DNA of 64,000 nucleotides from Eledone cirrhosa (lineage: Eukaryota), in the NCBI GenBank assembly GCA_964016885.1, contig OZ024758.1, forward strand, positions 1,426,001 through 1,490,000. The letters are read 5' to 3'. Both the position numbers and the translations under genes were made by a program. The stretch's first letter is position 1. Each line of letters begins with the position of its first letter. Shown here piece after piece: positions 14,426-28,255 of this stretch. The notes under the pieces are model-generated. The model searched no databases and was not told the DNA's origin. It saw nothing but the letters and a program-made list of their open reading frames with translations.

Positions 14426-14689
14426 GTACATAGCCTAAACAAACACACATAAACAGGTATTTGATGGGCTTATATATATGTGTGATTGAGTACAGCAGTT
14501 GCACATCGCGATGCATGGTGCAGGGAAGAAACCACGTGTGTCGTTGGTCCGTAATTTTATGGTGTTCCCGTATAACATCGTTTTTTACGACTAACCAACT
14601 CATTGTGTGAGCTCTGATATACAGACTTGTACCTGGAAAATACATGTTCTGTAACGATGCATACGTAATATATGCAAATTACATTGAAG

Positions 14690-14835
14690 TATTTTGAAGG
14701 AAAAAGTAAACACGCACGCACAACACATGTCAACCTATGGACTGGACTTGATCTTTGCACTTTAAACTCTGCTGTTGATGATCGAACTTTGTGGAGAAAA
14801 TATGTCATGTTGATGCACAGTCTGAAACTGACGGA
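14690..14835 (+). mobile_element. Degenerate RTE LINE 3' remnant
   Basis: WTGLDLCTLNSAVDDRTLWRKYV resembles the RTE terminal motif. Confidence 0.45.
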
Positions 14836-14946
14836 GTTTAGCGCTATTACATTTTGAAGTATTCGAAGAGAATATATAACATCAGTGAACTAAATAAGGA
14901 TAAATGAAAATATCATTACTCCTAATTAATACATCTAATTATCAAG

Positions 14947-15070
<124 letters not shown>

Positions 15071-15164
15071 CATATTCAGACCGCATATTCTTGGTATGGC
15101 GAACTAAACTCGTCCCATGGACTGAGTGCTCTACTACTACGGATATAATCATCCAGAGTTCTAG

Positions 15165-15216
<52 letters not shown>

Positions 15217-15260
15217 TCTCAGCGCTTAACGGTCCGAGAATTTGGCTTACGTACTACATT

Positions 15261-15313
<53 letters not shown>

Positions 15314-15416
15314 AATTGAAATACTAGAGTGCGTTGGAGTTAAACACTCTCGTCGTATTATAGAAATGACAGTATAAGATATAGCTCAATGTAATACAAC
15401 AGAGCCGAAAGATTAT

Positions 15417-15604
15417 AAAAAATAATCAAAGAAGCCTTCAATACATCAAAAGTCTTTATTAGCCAACAATGTTTCGTCCCATTAATAAGGACTCATCAGG
15501 GCAAGAAAATCTTTTCTTGCCCTGATGAGTCCTTATTAATGGGACGAAACATTGTTGGCTAATAAAGACTTTTGATGTATTGAAGGCTTCTTTGATTATT
15601 TTTT
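15417..15604. ncRNA. Perfect 93-bp-arm palindrome carrying a minimal type I hammerhead on each strand (Penelope-like pseudo-LTR end)
   Basis: Arms 15417-15509 / 15512-15604, 2-nt spacer. Plus-strand HHR: GCC-CUGAUGA(15522)-GUCC uuauuaaug GGAC-GAAAC AUU GUU^-GGC, then AATAAA; (TA)n follows. Confidence 0.75.
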
Positions 15605-15893
15605 TATAATATATATATATATATATATGCATATACATATATATATATGTGTGTGTGAGTGTGTGTGTTTGTGTGTATGTATGTATGTATATATAATTCG
15701 CTCACCAGCCACGTAGTTTTTCTTTGGTGACATTTAAATATAATAGAACATAACTTTATAGGAAGTGCAGAAAAATATGAAGGGAAAGCAAGTAGAACTA
15801 CCAACATTTAACTTACATTGAAAGATGCTGCTGCTGCTTCTGCTGTTGCTACTGCTGCTACTACTACTACTAGTAGTAGTAGTAGTACTGCTG

Positions 15894-15974
<81 letters not shown>

Positions 15975-16192
15975 ATAATAATAATAATAATAATAATACT
16001 AATACTATTACTGGTTAAGAAATTCTTCGGAAGTAAACATTCGTAGGAAGAAGTGATTCGAGAAGGGATCCTACCTACGAAATTGATACCAAGTGATTAA
16101 TTTACATTTATCGATCTTTTCAAGGTTGTCAGTGAGAGTTGTTTCATCAGCTTACGTTTTATGTTGGTGGGGGAGGAAAGAATAGACAGACT

Positions 16193-16242
<50 letters not shown>

Positions 16243-16519
16243 CAGATGAACAGATTGACAGATATATGGATATTTAAAAATTTCCCAAGGGTGAATTCTA
16301 CATAGAGAACATATATCTAATTATAGGTTACCACAGTTTTGGTGGTGGAAAGAAAATAATTTATAATTGACTGACATTAGAATAGCAACGTTAATAAGAA
16401 CAATATTCTCAAAAAGGGAAAGGGACATAACTCTTGACATTTCAGTTAACCAAAATTTAAATGGAGAAATGCAAGATGTGCATATGATAGTTAGCAGCTG
16501 TGCTATCAACATCCGACGT

Positions 16520-16686
16520 ATTTCCATCTTTTTAGGCATCCGACAACATGCTTTGCAGCATAGAGTCATGGCCCTTTATGTTGTGCGTTCAAATCCCGCC
16601 GAGGTTAACCTTGCGTCTCATCCTTACGGGGTCAATAAAATAAAGCACCAGTAATGCACTGGGATAATTGTTGGTCTTGTGCCAGA
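16520..16686 (+). mobile_element. SINE A copy fused tail-to-tail with a SINE B
   Basis: Family match; abuts a reverse SINE B at ~16683. Confidence 0.75.
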
Positions 16687-16862
16687 AGAAGGATAGAGAG
16701 AGCGAGAGACAGGAAGTGAGAAAGAGATATAGAGGAAGAATCTTTATCGTCCACGAATGGACGAAAGGCAAAGTTAACCTCGGTGGAAATTGAACTCAGA
16801 GATCAGAGATCCAGAAGGAATACCACAAAACATTCTATCTGACGTTCTAACGATTCTGCCAT
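16683..16862 (-). mobile_element. SINE B (tRNA head plus CT-rich linker), partial
   Basis: Reverse complement of ggcagaatcgttagaacgtcagatagaatg...ctctgagttcaa...ttcctctatatctctttctcacttcc. Confidence 0.75.
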
Positions 16863-17474
16863 TTGCAGCTTTCCAATGTGTTATTATTTCTTTCAAACTT
16901 GATGGCATTTTATTTTTATTTGTTTTTAAAGAAAATACCAGAAAATGTTCCTACGCATTTCTAGTGCTTTTGTTGTTTCAAGTATTGAATAAATGGTTTT
17001 ATATTTTCGTATTTATTCTCTGAAAATATTAATAACGAATTGTTTAATGTAACAGAAACCTTATCACACTATAAATTACGTGGAAGTAAAGACCCTAGGA
17101 TAAACAATATGACATTTGTGTTATCCCATACCAATTATAATTCCATAGAAGTAGAAACCTCTAGAGTAGCAATCTGAGTTAATGATTCATCTATTTAGTT
17201 TAACAATTAATAATGTCAAATATTATCAATTAGATTAATTATTATTCAATAATATAAGTCGTTCTGACACTTCATTATATCATAAAGTGTTAGTAAAGGT
17301 TAAACAGTATTCCCATCACAAACGAAACACCACACATCTACCGCCATTCCAAATTGAACATCACACAATATCATTAGAAATCATTCTACCCTTTAGCTAA
17401 ATCCGGTATTGACAAAACAAGTACAAGTAATACACCGGGGTAAATTCAATAGAACATACAAATTGTTTACATCA

Positions 17475-17669
17475 CAGACCTGTCAACTGTCCCAGTCTGA
17501 CGGGGAGGTCTCCCACCCACTTTCGGTTGAGTGAGAGATGTCTTTTTTTGTGAAAGTGGGTATAGCTTTCATTACGTAAAATCTCCCCCATTTTGCATCA
17601 TTTCTCCCCGTTTTGGGCACTTTTTTTCATGGTACTCCCCGTTTGGACTTTTAGAGGTTGGCAGGTCTG
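17475..17669. mobile_element. 195-bp MITE (TIR CAGACCTGYCAAC), hAT-like
   Basis: CAGACCTGTCAAC ... GTTGGCAGGTCTG; other copies at 59400-59786 and 61659-61951. Confidence 0.78.
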
Positions 17670-18140
17670 ACATCTAGAAATGTTATAGGAAGGCATGAGG
17701 GTCATACAATCATATTCCTCTCACGACGAGGATATCATTTCAATATTAACACAAATGTATCAATATTAATATATCTGAAGGTGGTAATTGGAAAAATCGG
17801 TAGAGCATCAGGTGAAATGCCGGCTCTTTATTGCCTGAGTTCACATGTCGCTGAAGTCGGCTTCGTCTTTCATCTTTCTATGGTTGATTAAATTATTTCC
17901 CAGTGAAGTAGTATGCTTGACTTAATCGATTATAAACCCACTTCTAATGTGTCAATAATGCTACAAGTCAATATTATCATATCTAGTCATGTTTGAAGTA
18001 CGTGTAAATGTATATAAGTGTGTATGTGTAGAAATGAATTCGACACACAAATGCACACACCTACACAGTCACGCATATACATATATACATATGTATGGAT
18101 ATATGTATGCATTCTATATATATATAAAAAATATTTCTAT

Positions 18141-18218
<78 letters not shown>

Positions 18219-18996
18219 TAGATATATATTTAGTTAGAGATGGAATTGGTTAAATTAGTTCAAAACCTGATTGCACACAGTTAGCAAATCCTTGTACTAA
18301 TCAATGTGAAGGAAAACTAACATGACTAGATTTAGTTTATATCTTAATAGTATAAACAAAATTAAGACGAGACTGTAATATTTGGTCTAAAATAATATTG
18401 ACTTTGACAGTACATTAGCGCCTTATATATCCCTGTCTTTCTTCGTCAGTCCGAATAATTTGTCTTTTATACATTCAAAATTGACATCAGAGATGCTAAC
18501 AGATATTGCAATAGAACTATATAAGAGGTTAGAAAATATTCTGTCAGCAATACAGGCGCCAACTGGAAAGAGAAAATTAGTTCTGTAACGTGTTTACCCC
18601 TTAATGCATGTTATTAATTTTTCTGGGATAGACACAGCAAAACAAAAATACACGCCTGCATTTGCATAGGTATGTTTTATGATTTCCTCTTGATTTTCTC
18701 TTACGTATAAACATTTTTTTTTTCTAAAGTTGTGTTTATACAGGCACAGGATATTGACAACGAAATAAATGATAATATTAGTTTGGGAAACATATATCTG
18801 TGTGAATAGAGAAACTAAGTGTTATATAGTATAAGGAAGCACGATAAATACCAACATATATATCTAGTAAGACTATCTCTGTATTTATATAAGTCCTTCA
18901 AATATATCTTTTTCTCTCCACTCACACATAAATCTACTGTTCTCTTTCTATTTTTTCTCGCTCTCACTCTCCCTATCTATACATCTATATCCCCCC

Positions 18997-19046
<50 letters not shown>

Positions 19047-19102
19047 TTTCTCACTCAAGTATCATTTCATTGAGATATTAATGACAAATAAGTTTCTATT
19101 TG

Positions 19103-19173
<71 letters not shown>

Positions 19174-19175
19174 TA

Positions 19176-19224
<49 letters not shown>

Positions 19225-19489
19225 TGGTATGGACCCTGATTATAGTGAGGGCGTTGTTGTTAGAACTCAATGTGGCCTAGAAGAGATGGTTTCAACGATA
19301 TTAGACCTTTGTTGTCAAACTTGCGGGCATAGATACATAGATAGTCATATACGTATGATTATAGATTATAGATTTTGTTGCTCCTGCAGGGAGGGGGGCG
19401 GGGGTCTCGACGATGTGGGGTTTTTTTGCATGCATGGTCCCGTAGCTCCTGGGGGAATCCTCGGGTGCCGTATTGACATACTGAGTTTC

Positions 19490-19632
19490 ATTTGTTTAAA
19501 CCCGTGAGGCCATCACCTCACCTCACCTGAATATAGTAGATTTCTTCTAGAGTAGGATAGAGAGTGATAAAGAGAGAAATGTAAGAAAGTAATATAGAAG
19601 AAGAATCGACCCCAGGACTTAACTGGTACTTC
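19490..19632 (-). mobile_element. SINE B fragment
   Basis: gaatatagtagatttcttctagag...gaagaatcgaccccag..actggtactt matches the reverse SINE B middle. Confidence 0.6.
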
Positions 19633-20001
19633 GATATTATGTGAGATAATTATGTGAGGTAAAGCCATTACCCCGAAAATACAATAGTAAATATAGAGAA
19701 ATCTAAATGGTAAAGTGTTAAAAGCTGCTCTACACGTAGATATTCCCATGACTACAGGTAGTAGAAATTGACAAACGTCACATGAACACAATACAAACAT
19801 AGTCCCAACAAAACATAAAAATAATACCATTAACAACAATATCCCTATTCACTTAGATTCGCAACTCCCAACAGGATAAAGCTAACATTTAAAGGCTGAG
19901 TACTCTACAAGTAAAATGTATTGCAGCACCTGAAATAACAAATGTACCCCCACGTGAAAATAACACAAACAATTTCAATATAATGTAGAATAACATTCAT
20001 G

Positions 20002-20192
20002 GCTGAGAATTGGTAAAGTCGTTAGAACGTCTGATAGAATGCTTTATGGTGTTAATTTAGGCTCTCTGCACTCTGAGTTCAAATCCCGCTGAGATCAACT
20101 ATGCCTTTCATCCATTCATGGTCGATAAAAAAGTACCAGTCAATTACTAGGGTCGATTCTTCCTCTATATCTCTTTCTCACTTGCTTTCTCT

Positions 20193-20271
<79 letters not shown>

Positions 20272-20409
20272 TCCCTGGGAGAAATCTGCTGTATTCAGGC
20301 CTGGAGAGGATCTATGCTCCGCCAAGTTTAAAAAATGCCTTAGAAACGCCGTATGCCAGTGTGCTCCCTACGACTCCTCGGAAGTTACGGGTCCGTACCA
20401 TACCATAGC
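20002..20409 (+). mobile_element. SINE B, full length, 15-bp TSD, expanded internal (CT)n
   Basis: TSD AGAATAACATTCATG at 19987-20001 and 20410-20424; B box GAGTTCAAATCC; 3' tail ends accataccatag. Confidence 0.88.
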
Positions 20410-21849
20410 AGAATAACATTCATGACTTAAAGATTCAGAAATACCTTTCTGAAACTAAACTAAAACTGAGTTATCCCATACAAGGTTTAACAGCTCTAGC
20501 ATCACTCCTTCATAGTCAGCCTATGAACATTTCAATAGATCATCGTATTAAGTGAAGTCTGCGTATAAAATGTCTTGTTGATATCAACGTACCCCAGATT
20601 TTTAATTGAAGATATATAAGGTTTTTAACTGAATATTGGAAGATGATTCATTTGAAGAAACTCCAATTACTAGTTCTGTCTATCACAATGTATATTGTTG
20701 GAGCAAACTGACCGATTGTGCGAACCCGCTGACCTCCGAGACAGGCGGAGGCCAGTAAAAGTTCTAAATGGAACATTACAATATTTAAATATCTGACTCT
20801 TGATTTGGTGAATGTTTAAACAACTATAATTGTACAAGACTGTGTGCGTATTGGTGTATAAAACCATAATAATGTATAACTTAACAATCCAAAGAAGCCA
20901 TCAGCATGGATGTAAATATGTCAATCATTATTAAGATATTAACACAGGTAACACAAGCTCATAAAAATAAAACACGTAATACTAATCCTTCTCCAATAAT
21001 GTGTATGTTTTGTTTATTAAACAAATACTTATTTCTAGTTAGCTTTTTAATGATTAATGAATTAAATACGTTAATTCTAGAGAATTAATGTAATTTTGTC
21101 TGAAATGAAATCGCGTTGTGAAATTTGTTGATCGTAAGGTTTAGTGTGAGCAAATACAATAAAATATTAACATACAAATATATTTCTTGTTGTACATGAG
21201 TTATCATGGTTCAGGTTTCAATTGCGTTGTTTCTTCAGTGATACCTCTCTCAAGAGAAATGCGTTTAGAAGAAAAATATATAAAACACCACACCATTGTA
21301 AACACAAATCATTTCATCTACTTATATTATACATACATGTAAAAGAATGAATGGATAGCTGTTTGATTTTTGTAAAAGGGAATGGATTTCGTACAATATT
21401 GGTCAATACATGGTCAGTATAATATTTCATACTGACATAATAGACGTAGAAAATGTTTTATTTAGATATGCCATATGTCTGTATTTCAGACAGAGTATTG
21501 TGTACATTTCTGTGGACGTATTCGCGTGTTAGAGTTGGGAATGTGAAAGTAAAAGTAGGAACGTATTTAATTCTTTTATTTTTTATCGCTCTTCTATTAT
21601 TTCATCAGTGAGTAAATAAATACTTTATTGTAGGCGAAAAAGAATAGTCAGACGTCTGCTAGTTAGTATTAGTAGACACTAGCTTGGAAATGAGAGACAA
21701 AAGGGAAATGATGGAACATTAATCAAAAGACAATCTCCATGCCAGGTATTGGAGGAGCATTCTTTCACCAGATAACAATTGGCTTCATTTATGAAAGAAA
21801 GAATTCAAAGAATTTATTACTGACATTTAAAAAGACAATGGAGCACGCA

Positions 21850-21967
<118 letters not shown>

Positions 21968-22031
21968 CGTGTGCGTGTGTATGTGTTTTTGTTGGTGTGT
22001 GTGTATGTGTGTGTATATATGTGTGTGTGTG

Positions 22032-22069
<38 letters not shown>

Positions 22070-23484
22070 AGTTAATCACAAGCCACACACATATGTATGT
22101 GTATGATGTTCGCTTCTATAATTCTTTGATTACATTCTTATAAAATTAAAAGGAGTTGGTTTCTCAGCTGTAAACCTGCATTTTCTAGTGCAGCCTTTGC
22201 TACTCGGAGTTGAAACTTCCACTTTCGACCCTCTCCTATCACCTTCTGACCTTACCCATATTTTGTTTTGACCAAGTCCTGCACTATCTATTGTCCCCAG
22301 GCTTTCCTACTAAGAAAGTCGGACAACTAGAATTCCCTCCTTAAACAGTTATTTATTTCCTGCAGCCATCGACTTGCAGCTGGTGTAAATGTCATATATT
22401 AACATAGTACACTGGTTGTTAGGTAATACAGCAGTGTATGTATAATTCTTATTTAACTAATGTCACTATTTACTTCTTTGAAGGCGATTCTTGAGGGATT
22501 TGAACTCCGATACCGTTGGATAAGGCAACTCACTGGCCCTTTATTGTGTTTTGCCCTGCATACATCATGACGGAGATAAGTGAAATATCATGAGGAAGAT
22601 AATTGATGCAGACTTATACAACGAGTCTTTTGAAGAGTAAAACGTCGTAGCGTTGTACGTGGTCTGTTCTAATGAACGTTGTCTCTGGTGGTTTGTAGGG
22701 GTCTTTTGAGAAAATGACATACTTGAGAAGAAAATTAGGCACTGAACTATAATCAACAAAAATTCTGTTATGTTTGTTGACGATCTCTCGAGTAAAATGT
22801 CAAGCAATAAATTGCCAAACTCGAAATACTTTCAAAGTTGTAGATGAAAGCTGACCTTTATTATTAACCGAGATACTTTTTCATACATGATACATAAACT
22901 GTGTAATTGAAAATTATTAACTATTTTCTGTACATTGCTTTAAACCATAAACGTGTAAATACTAAGGATAGGTTAAAGAATTTATAAAACTACGCAAAAC
23001 TGTTAAACCTTCATAGTTCTATAATACGTGTGGTTTATGGGATGAAACAATATGTGTGATTTCAAACTTCATTTCAATCCTTACATGAGATTCTTAAGTA
23101 TGGCGATATCATTTTAACTTACGGGATATTGGACACCAGCAAAGAAATTATTTGTTAAACTATGAATTGATACGATATTTCAGTTTGTCCTGACAACATA
23201 AAGTAATTTAAGTTTATATAAAGTGATGGAACGTCCAATGTATTGCAATGTCCTGGAATATTTATGTCAAAGGGGAAGAAAATATGATATCTACCTTATT
23301 GATATAATATACAAACGAGCAGTTAACATACTGTAATATTTGATGTAATTTTCTTTTTGTTTATTAAACTTCTTCCGTGCATAAATATATGTAACAAGAT
23401 GTCAGCACATCATTATTTGATTGCTAATATATTGCAGCGTTCTTGAATCATGTTTATGCCTTAGATTTACATAAATTAAACTGC

Positions 23485-23630
23485 CGGTACTCGTTTACAG
23501 CTGACGAATCTGGCGCAACGTGAAATGAAATGTTTTACTCAAGAACACAACACACAACCAAGTCCAGGAATAGAACCCACGACATTATGATCGTAGGTCC
23601 AATACCCTTAACACTAGGCCACGTACCTCC
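23485..23630 (-). mobile_element. CORE-type SINE head fragment
   Basis: gcaacgtgaaatgaaatgttttactcaagaacacaac...caggaatagaaccc...cactaggccac. Confidence 0.65.
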
Positions 23631-24199
23631 ACATCCTTCGTCTGATCGAGGAACTAATTTAACATTTTGCCAACGTAAATCACTACGAATTTACTTGAGT
23701 TTAGTTTGTAACACTTTTAGTTATGTTTGTCTGCAAAAATATATTTACATTTTAAAAAGGAAAATAAAGAATTTTCTTAAGTAAATTATTTTCAGACAAG
23801 GATTTTGTAGAAATAATGAAGTCTAACAAAGATTTACTCTCCAGAACGTGCAGAGATTAGAATATTGATGAAAACTAGAATATTCAAATGTAGATGTGCT
23901 TCTAATAATCCAAACCAAATAGTTCATTATTTCAGAGTGTATCAACTACACGCAGCAATTTGTGCTTGGAAAAAGTTTCTTTCTTGTAAAACACAAAATC
24001 AAAACTAACAGACAAATAATTCAACCATCAAATCCAAAGTAAACTTGCTCTCTCTTTCATTCTCTCGTTTTCATTCACTATCTCTCTCTCTCTTTCTCTC
24101 TCTTTCTTCACTCCACATTCCTTCTAATTCTTACATATATATATATATATATATTCACTGGATATTTTTTCATTGCATTTTGCTTTACACCAATATCCA

Positions 24200-24320
24200 A
24201 AGACTCACTACCAATTTGTTTCTCCACTATTCTCCTCTTCTGACTACTTCACGCCATTTCCTTCTCACCATTCTATTGTCTGATGAAGGGCTAGCGTCAG
24301 AAACATAAAAACACTTTTCC
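24200..24320 (+). mobile_element. Degenerate Penelope-like 3' end (CTGATGAAG...GAAAC)
   Basis: Pyrimidine-rich tract followed by gtCTGATGAagggctagcgtcaGAAACataaaa at 24280-24305. Confidence 0.3.
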
Positions 24321-24549
24321 TACTATATCAAACGTAAAGCTAAAGCTCACAGCATAATTTATACAAATTGAAACGATAAAAAAACTATGTAAAGTAAAAA
24401 AATAGTAGAAACAATTGTGCCTAAAAAGAATGACAAATAATAAATATACTCATTTAAAGGACTATATTGAAAAATAAACCCCATTTGGTCATTCCATGAG
24501 AGTATCTTGGTAGCCTATGAAGTTTGCAGTCTATGGAATTCACTTGATA

Positions 24550-24811
24550 CAAGGATTGGTTGAAAGGTTCATAGGCTGAAGAAGTGATGCTAGAGCTGTG
24601 AAACCTTGCATGCATTAATTTCAACTTTTCTTATTAATAACTGCATTGTTTATTTCCGAAGACTATGTTGAAAAATAAAACTCATTCATTTGAAATATTC
24701 TTGTTAATAACACATTGTTACTTTCCAAGTTACTAAGTTAAAAAATAAACCTCATTTGTTCATTCCATGAGAGTAACTTGGTCAGCCTATGAAATTTTCA
24801 GCCGACTCTCG
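24550..24811. mobile_element. Mariner-like MITE; extra partial copies at ~24460-24530 and ~20490-20548
   Basis: TA-flanked imperfect TIRs CAAGGATTGGTTGAAAGGTTCATAGGCTGA / TCAGCCTATGAAATTTTCAGCCGACTCTCG. Confidence 0.7.
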
Positions 24812-25231
24812 TATCTCTTGGATTCTTTTTATCTCTCTTAATTTCATTTATATAAAAGAACTACTGAAAAAATTGAGACATTTTCAACCTATTAATTGCA
24901 TCAAAATCTTTCTTAATTTTATTAACATGTATCCGTATAGTTCCAGCCGTGTCATTCTGTCTGAAGTTGGGCTTCAACAAACACTAATATAATTTGGAGT
25001 TTGGAGAAAATATTTATAAGGCTTCAGTCTATACAGATATTGAAAGGATTTAATTATTGTTTTACTTTATATCGAATGTGGTGAGCAATAACGTGTGTAG
25101 GCAGATCTGTTGAATAAATCGTTCATTCAATATATTACAACAAATGTGAAAGGAATCTCTAGATGATAGAGACTAAACAAACACCACACAAGATATTTTG
25201 TGTGTATGTAATATGTGTATGTGCCTGTGCG

Positions 25232-25446
25232 TTCCAGAGAAGGATAGAGAGAGTAAGAGAAAGGAAGTGAGAAAGAGATATAAAGGAAGAATCGACTCAG
25301 TACTAGACTGGTACTTTTTTATCGACTTTGAATGGATGAAAGGGAAAGTTGGCCTCGGCAGGATTTGAACTCAGAGAGCAGAGAGCCGAAATGAATTATA
25401 CAAAACATTCTATCTGACGTTCTAACGACTCAACCAGTTAGCCACC
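25232..25446 (-). mobile_element. SINE B, partial
   Basis: Reverse match to the SINE B head and linker. Confidence 0.8.
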
Positions 25447-25805
25447 TGTACATATATATACACAAATATAAATCATTAGCAACCACTTATAAATATAAAT
25501 AATATAAGCATTCGCTGTGTGAAAGATAAGTTCTCGTCGCAACTATTTCATAGATTGGCATTTTGAGCATTGTTTGACATTTTGGGTAGAAATCTTCTAC
25601 TCTAACCCCGTATTGACCCAAAGCTAATGAATAAAATTGTGTATTCAAATCCAATGTGAAAGCAAGTCGAATATAATTTAGAATAGTCAACTCTGTGATA
25701 CACTGATTCATTCCGCCTGAAGACTATGTTAAGGGTATCAGTCAGTTGCACGTTTATAGAATTAGTACATAGGTCACTTGATCGAACAAATAGAACATTT
25801 ATCAT

Positions 25806-26100
25806 TGTCGTCTTAGTGGTAAGGTCTTCCGATCATACTGTCGTAGGTTCGGTCCCAGGACATGATTTGTGTATTGTGTTCTTGAGCAAAACACTTCATT
25901 TCACGCTGCTCCAGTATACTCAGCTGAAAATGAGTACCAGCCATAACTGGGAGTTTAAAACTGCGGTGGACTTGTGTCCTGTTGGTCCTGTTGGACTTGC
26001 GTCCGGTTGGTTTTGTACTCAGAGTTGCTTCGCGCTACGGAAGCTGGGATAAGCACCGGTCTAATGAACTCCCGGGCTCGAGACTGGCAAAATGTAAACC
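25806..26100 (+). mobile_element. CORE-type tRNA SINE (family C)
   Basis: tRNA-like head (tagtggtaag...ggttcggtccc) followed by CORE-like gtgttcttgagcaaaacacttcatttcacgctgctccagt; similar to 60837-61082. Confidence 0.7.
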
Positions 26101-27509
26101 TTGACGAGAAAACAGAGAAAGTCAGTAGTTTCGAAGAACATGCCATGTAGGCTTTTCTTGTCTACCCGAGTGACCTAGGCTCTCATTTGTCACATAATTG
26201 AGTTGTAAACATGTAATAAACGATGCTATTGTTCACAAAAACACTAAATAAAAATATAACAAGAGGTTACTCTTTAGAATAGGTGCATTTGAGTCCAGGA
26301 GAATTTTCTGGATTTCTTGAGATGACTCCCTTGAAGAAATTGTCATATATTTTGATCATTCCTTGTTTACGATATCTAGGTGCCAAATAAATTTAAGGTA
26401 CAGATATTGGGTTACCACACTACATTTTCAATATTGTTTCAGTTCGATGGGGCTGGGATTAATATTCTTAATTTTAAGTTTAAAACTCTTGATATCAATT
26501 CTCGTGAGAAGACCGTAATAGGAAGGAAAATATTGAATACGTGGCCACTTATGCGTTAACACAATAAGTCAAAGTTACAGTTCATCAAACAACTGAAAGT
26601 TGATCTTCGAAACCGACGGAGGATACTTCATTTAGAGTAAGCTAGTGACAGATTTCTTTTTCTTTATATGAGACACATCATACGGTCGTTGACAATGCAC
26701 TAATATGTGAGGCTCTTTCAATCGAAAACTACAGCATCCGACAGCTGCTACTCACAACAGTATTATCTCCGCAACAACAAATATATACAATACACAAGAT
26801 GTCTCTGTGTTGTATGTCTCTCTCTCTCTCTCTCTCTCGCTCCTCTCTCTCTCTCTCTGTATATGTGTGTGTTTGTATGCCTCTCTCTCTCTCTCTCTCC
26901 CTCCCTCTTTCTCTCTCTATATGTGTGTGTGCCTGTGTTTCAATGTTTCAGTACATGTTATATATATGTGATTGCGTATGAGTTTCTCTGGATGTGTGGT
27001 ACGATATCTATTGAATATCTTGAAATTATTCAACAACTAATCTTGCAAGAATTTATATCTGTGTTAATAATGTTGATGCACAGAATTTGTTGTTATTTCG
27101 TTTTTCGTTTATATTGTTGCTTTTTACCTCAATAATAGAACAAAATTCAATCCGGAAACTGAATCACATCAGTACACTCACAACCCCATTACACATTTAC
27201 AACGGAAGTTACGTCATTTTAATCCATGCAAAAACTAGCCTTACGTTTTAAGTTGTATTCATTTTTCTAAATGTTCTGTTTTGTTTTGTTTTGTTTTGTT
27301 TTTTTTCGCTTACTTTTCTCCTACTTTTTATTTGTTTTGATTCCAATTTACTATTTATATTTATTTTTTATACTTTCTGTAAATAAGTTTGATAAGAAAA
27401 CAATTTAGACCACAAAAATAAATAATGAAAAACATGTTAACATCATTTATATAACTAAAATAGTAGTATGATAATTAATAATTACAACTGTAATGATACA
27501 GATATTAAT

Positions 27510-27787
27510 AATTGTTTGTACTTTTAGCACAAGGCCAGCAATTACCCCAATGCATTACTGGTACTTTTTTATCGACCCCATAAAGATGAAAGACAAAGTT
27601 GACCTCGGCGGGATTTGAACTCAGACCGTAAAGGGCCGTAACTCTATGCTACAAAGCATGGTGTCCGACCCTCCACCGATACTGCCAATCCACCGCCAAA
27701 TAATTGTTTCTTCTTTTGGCACAAGGCCAGCAATTACTTCAGTGTATTACTGGTACTTTATTTTATCGATCCCGTAAGGATGAAAGG
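27510..27787 (-). mobile_element. Tandem SINE A: full copy (27510-27697) plus 3' fragment (27700-27787)
   Basis: Two consecutive reverse family matches. Confidence 0.85.
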
Positions 27788-28014
27788 TTTCCTTATTCTG
27801 TGTTCTTCACCCTTGCCTATTTAAATTTACTGGGAATAGCACTGATATATCCATCTTACCCTCTTCTTCAAGCATTAATTAAAACATTGATGAGGTCTTG
27901 TCTTTATACCCATCTTGTCCACTACACTGTCAGTTTTACTACAGTCACCAAACGGAGAAAAACATACCCGTTCTCCTTGTAAAAGGATGACAACGAGACA
28001 ATCTCTACGATGAA

Positions 28015-28255
28015 GTTAGTTGTCTTACACTCTATGACAGCAGGTCAACATGCTTATAGTTAGATATGTCTTACACTTTATGACATACGTTCAACATCGT
28101 TATAGTTGGATATATCTTTTAACTCTATGACATCCGTATAACATCGTTATAGTTAGATATGTCTTACACTCTATGACAACCGTTCAACATACTTCTAGTA
28201 AGATATGTCTTACACTCTATGACATCCGTTCAATGTCCTTATAGTTAGATTAAGT
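28015..28255. repeat. 46-bp tandem repeat, ~5 copies
   Basis: tgtcttacactctatgaca...tagttagata at 28021, 28067, ~28113, 28160 and 28206. Confidence 0.88.
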
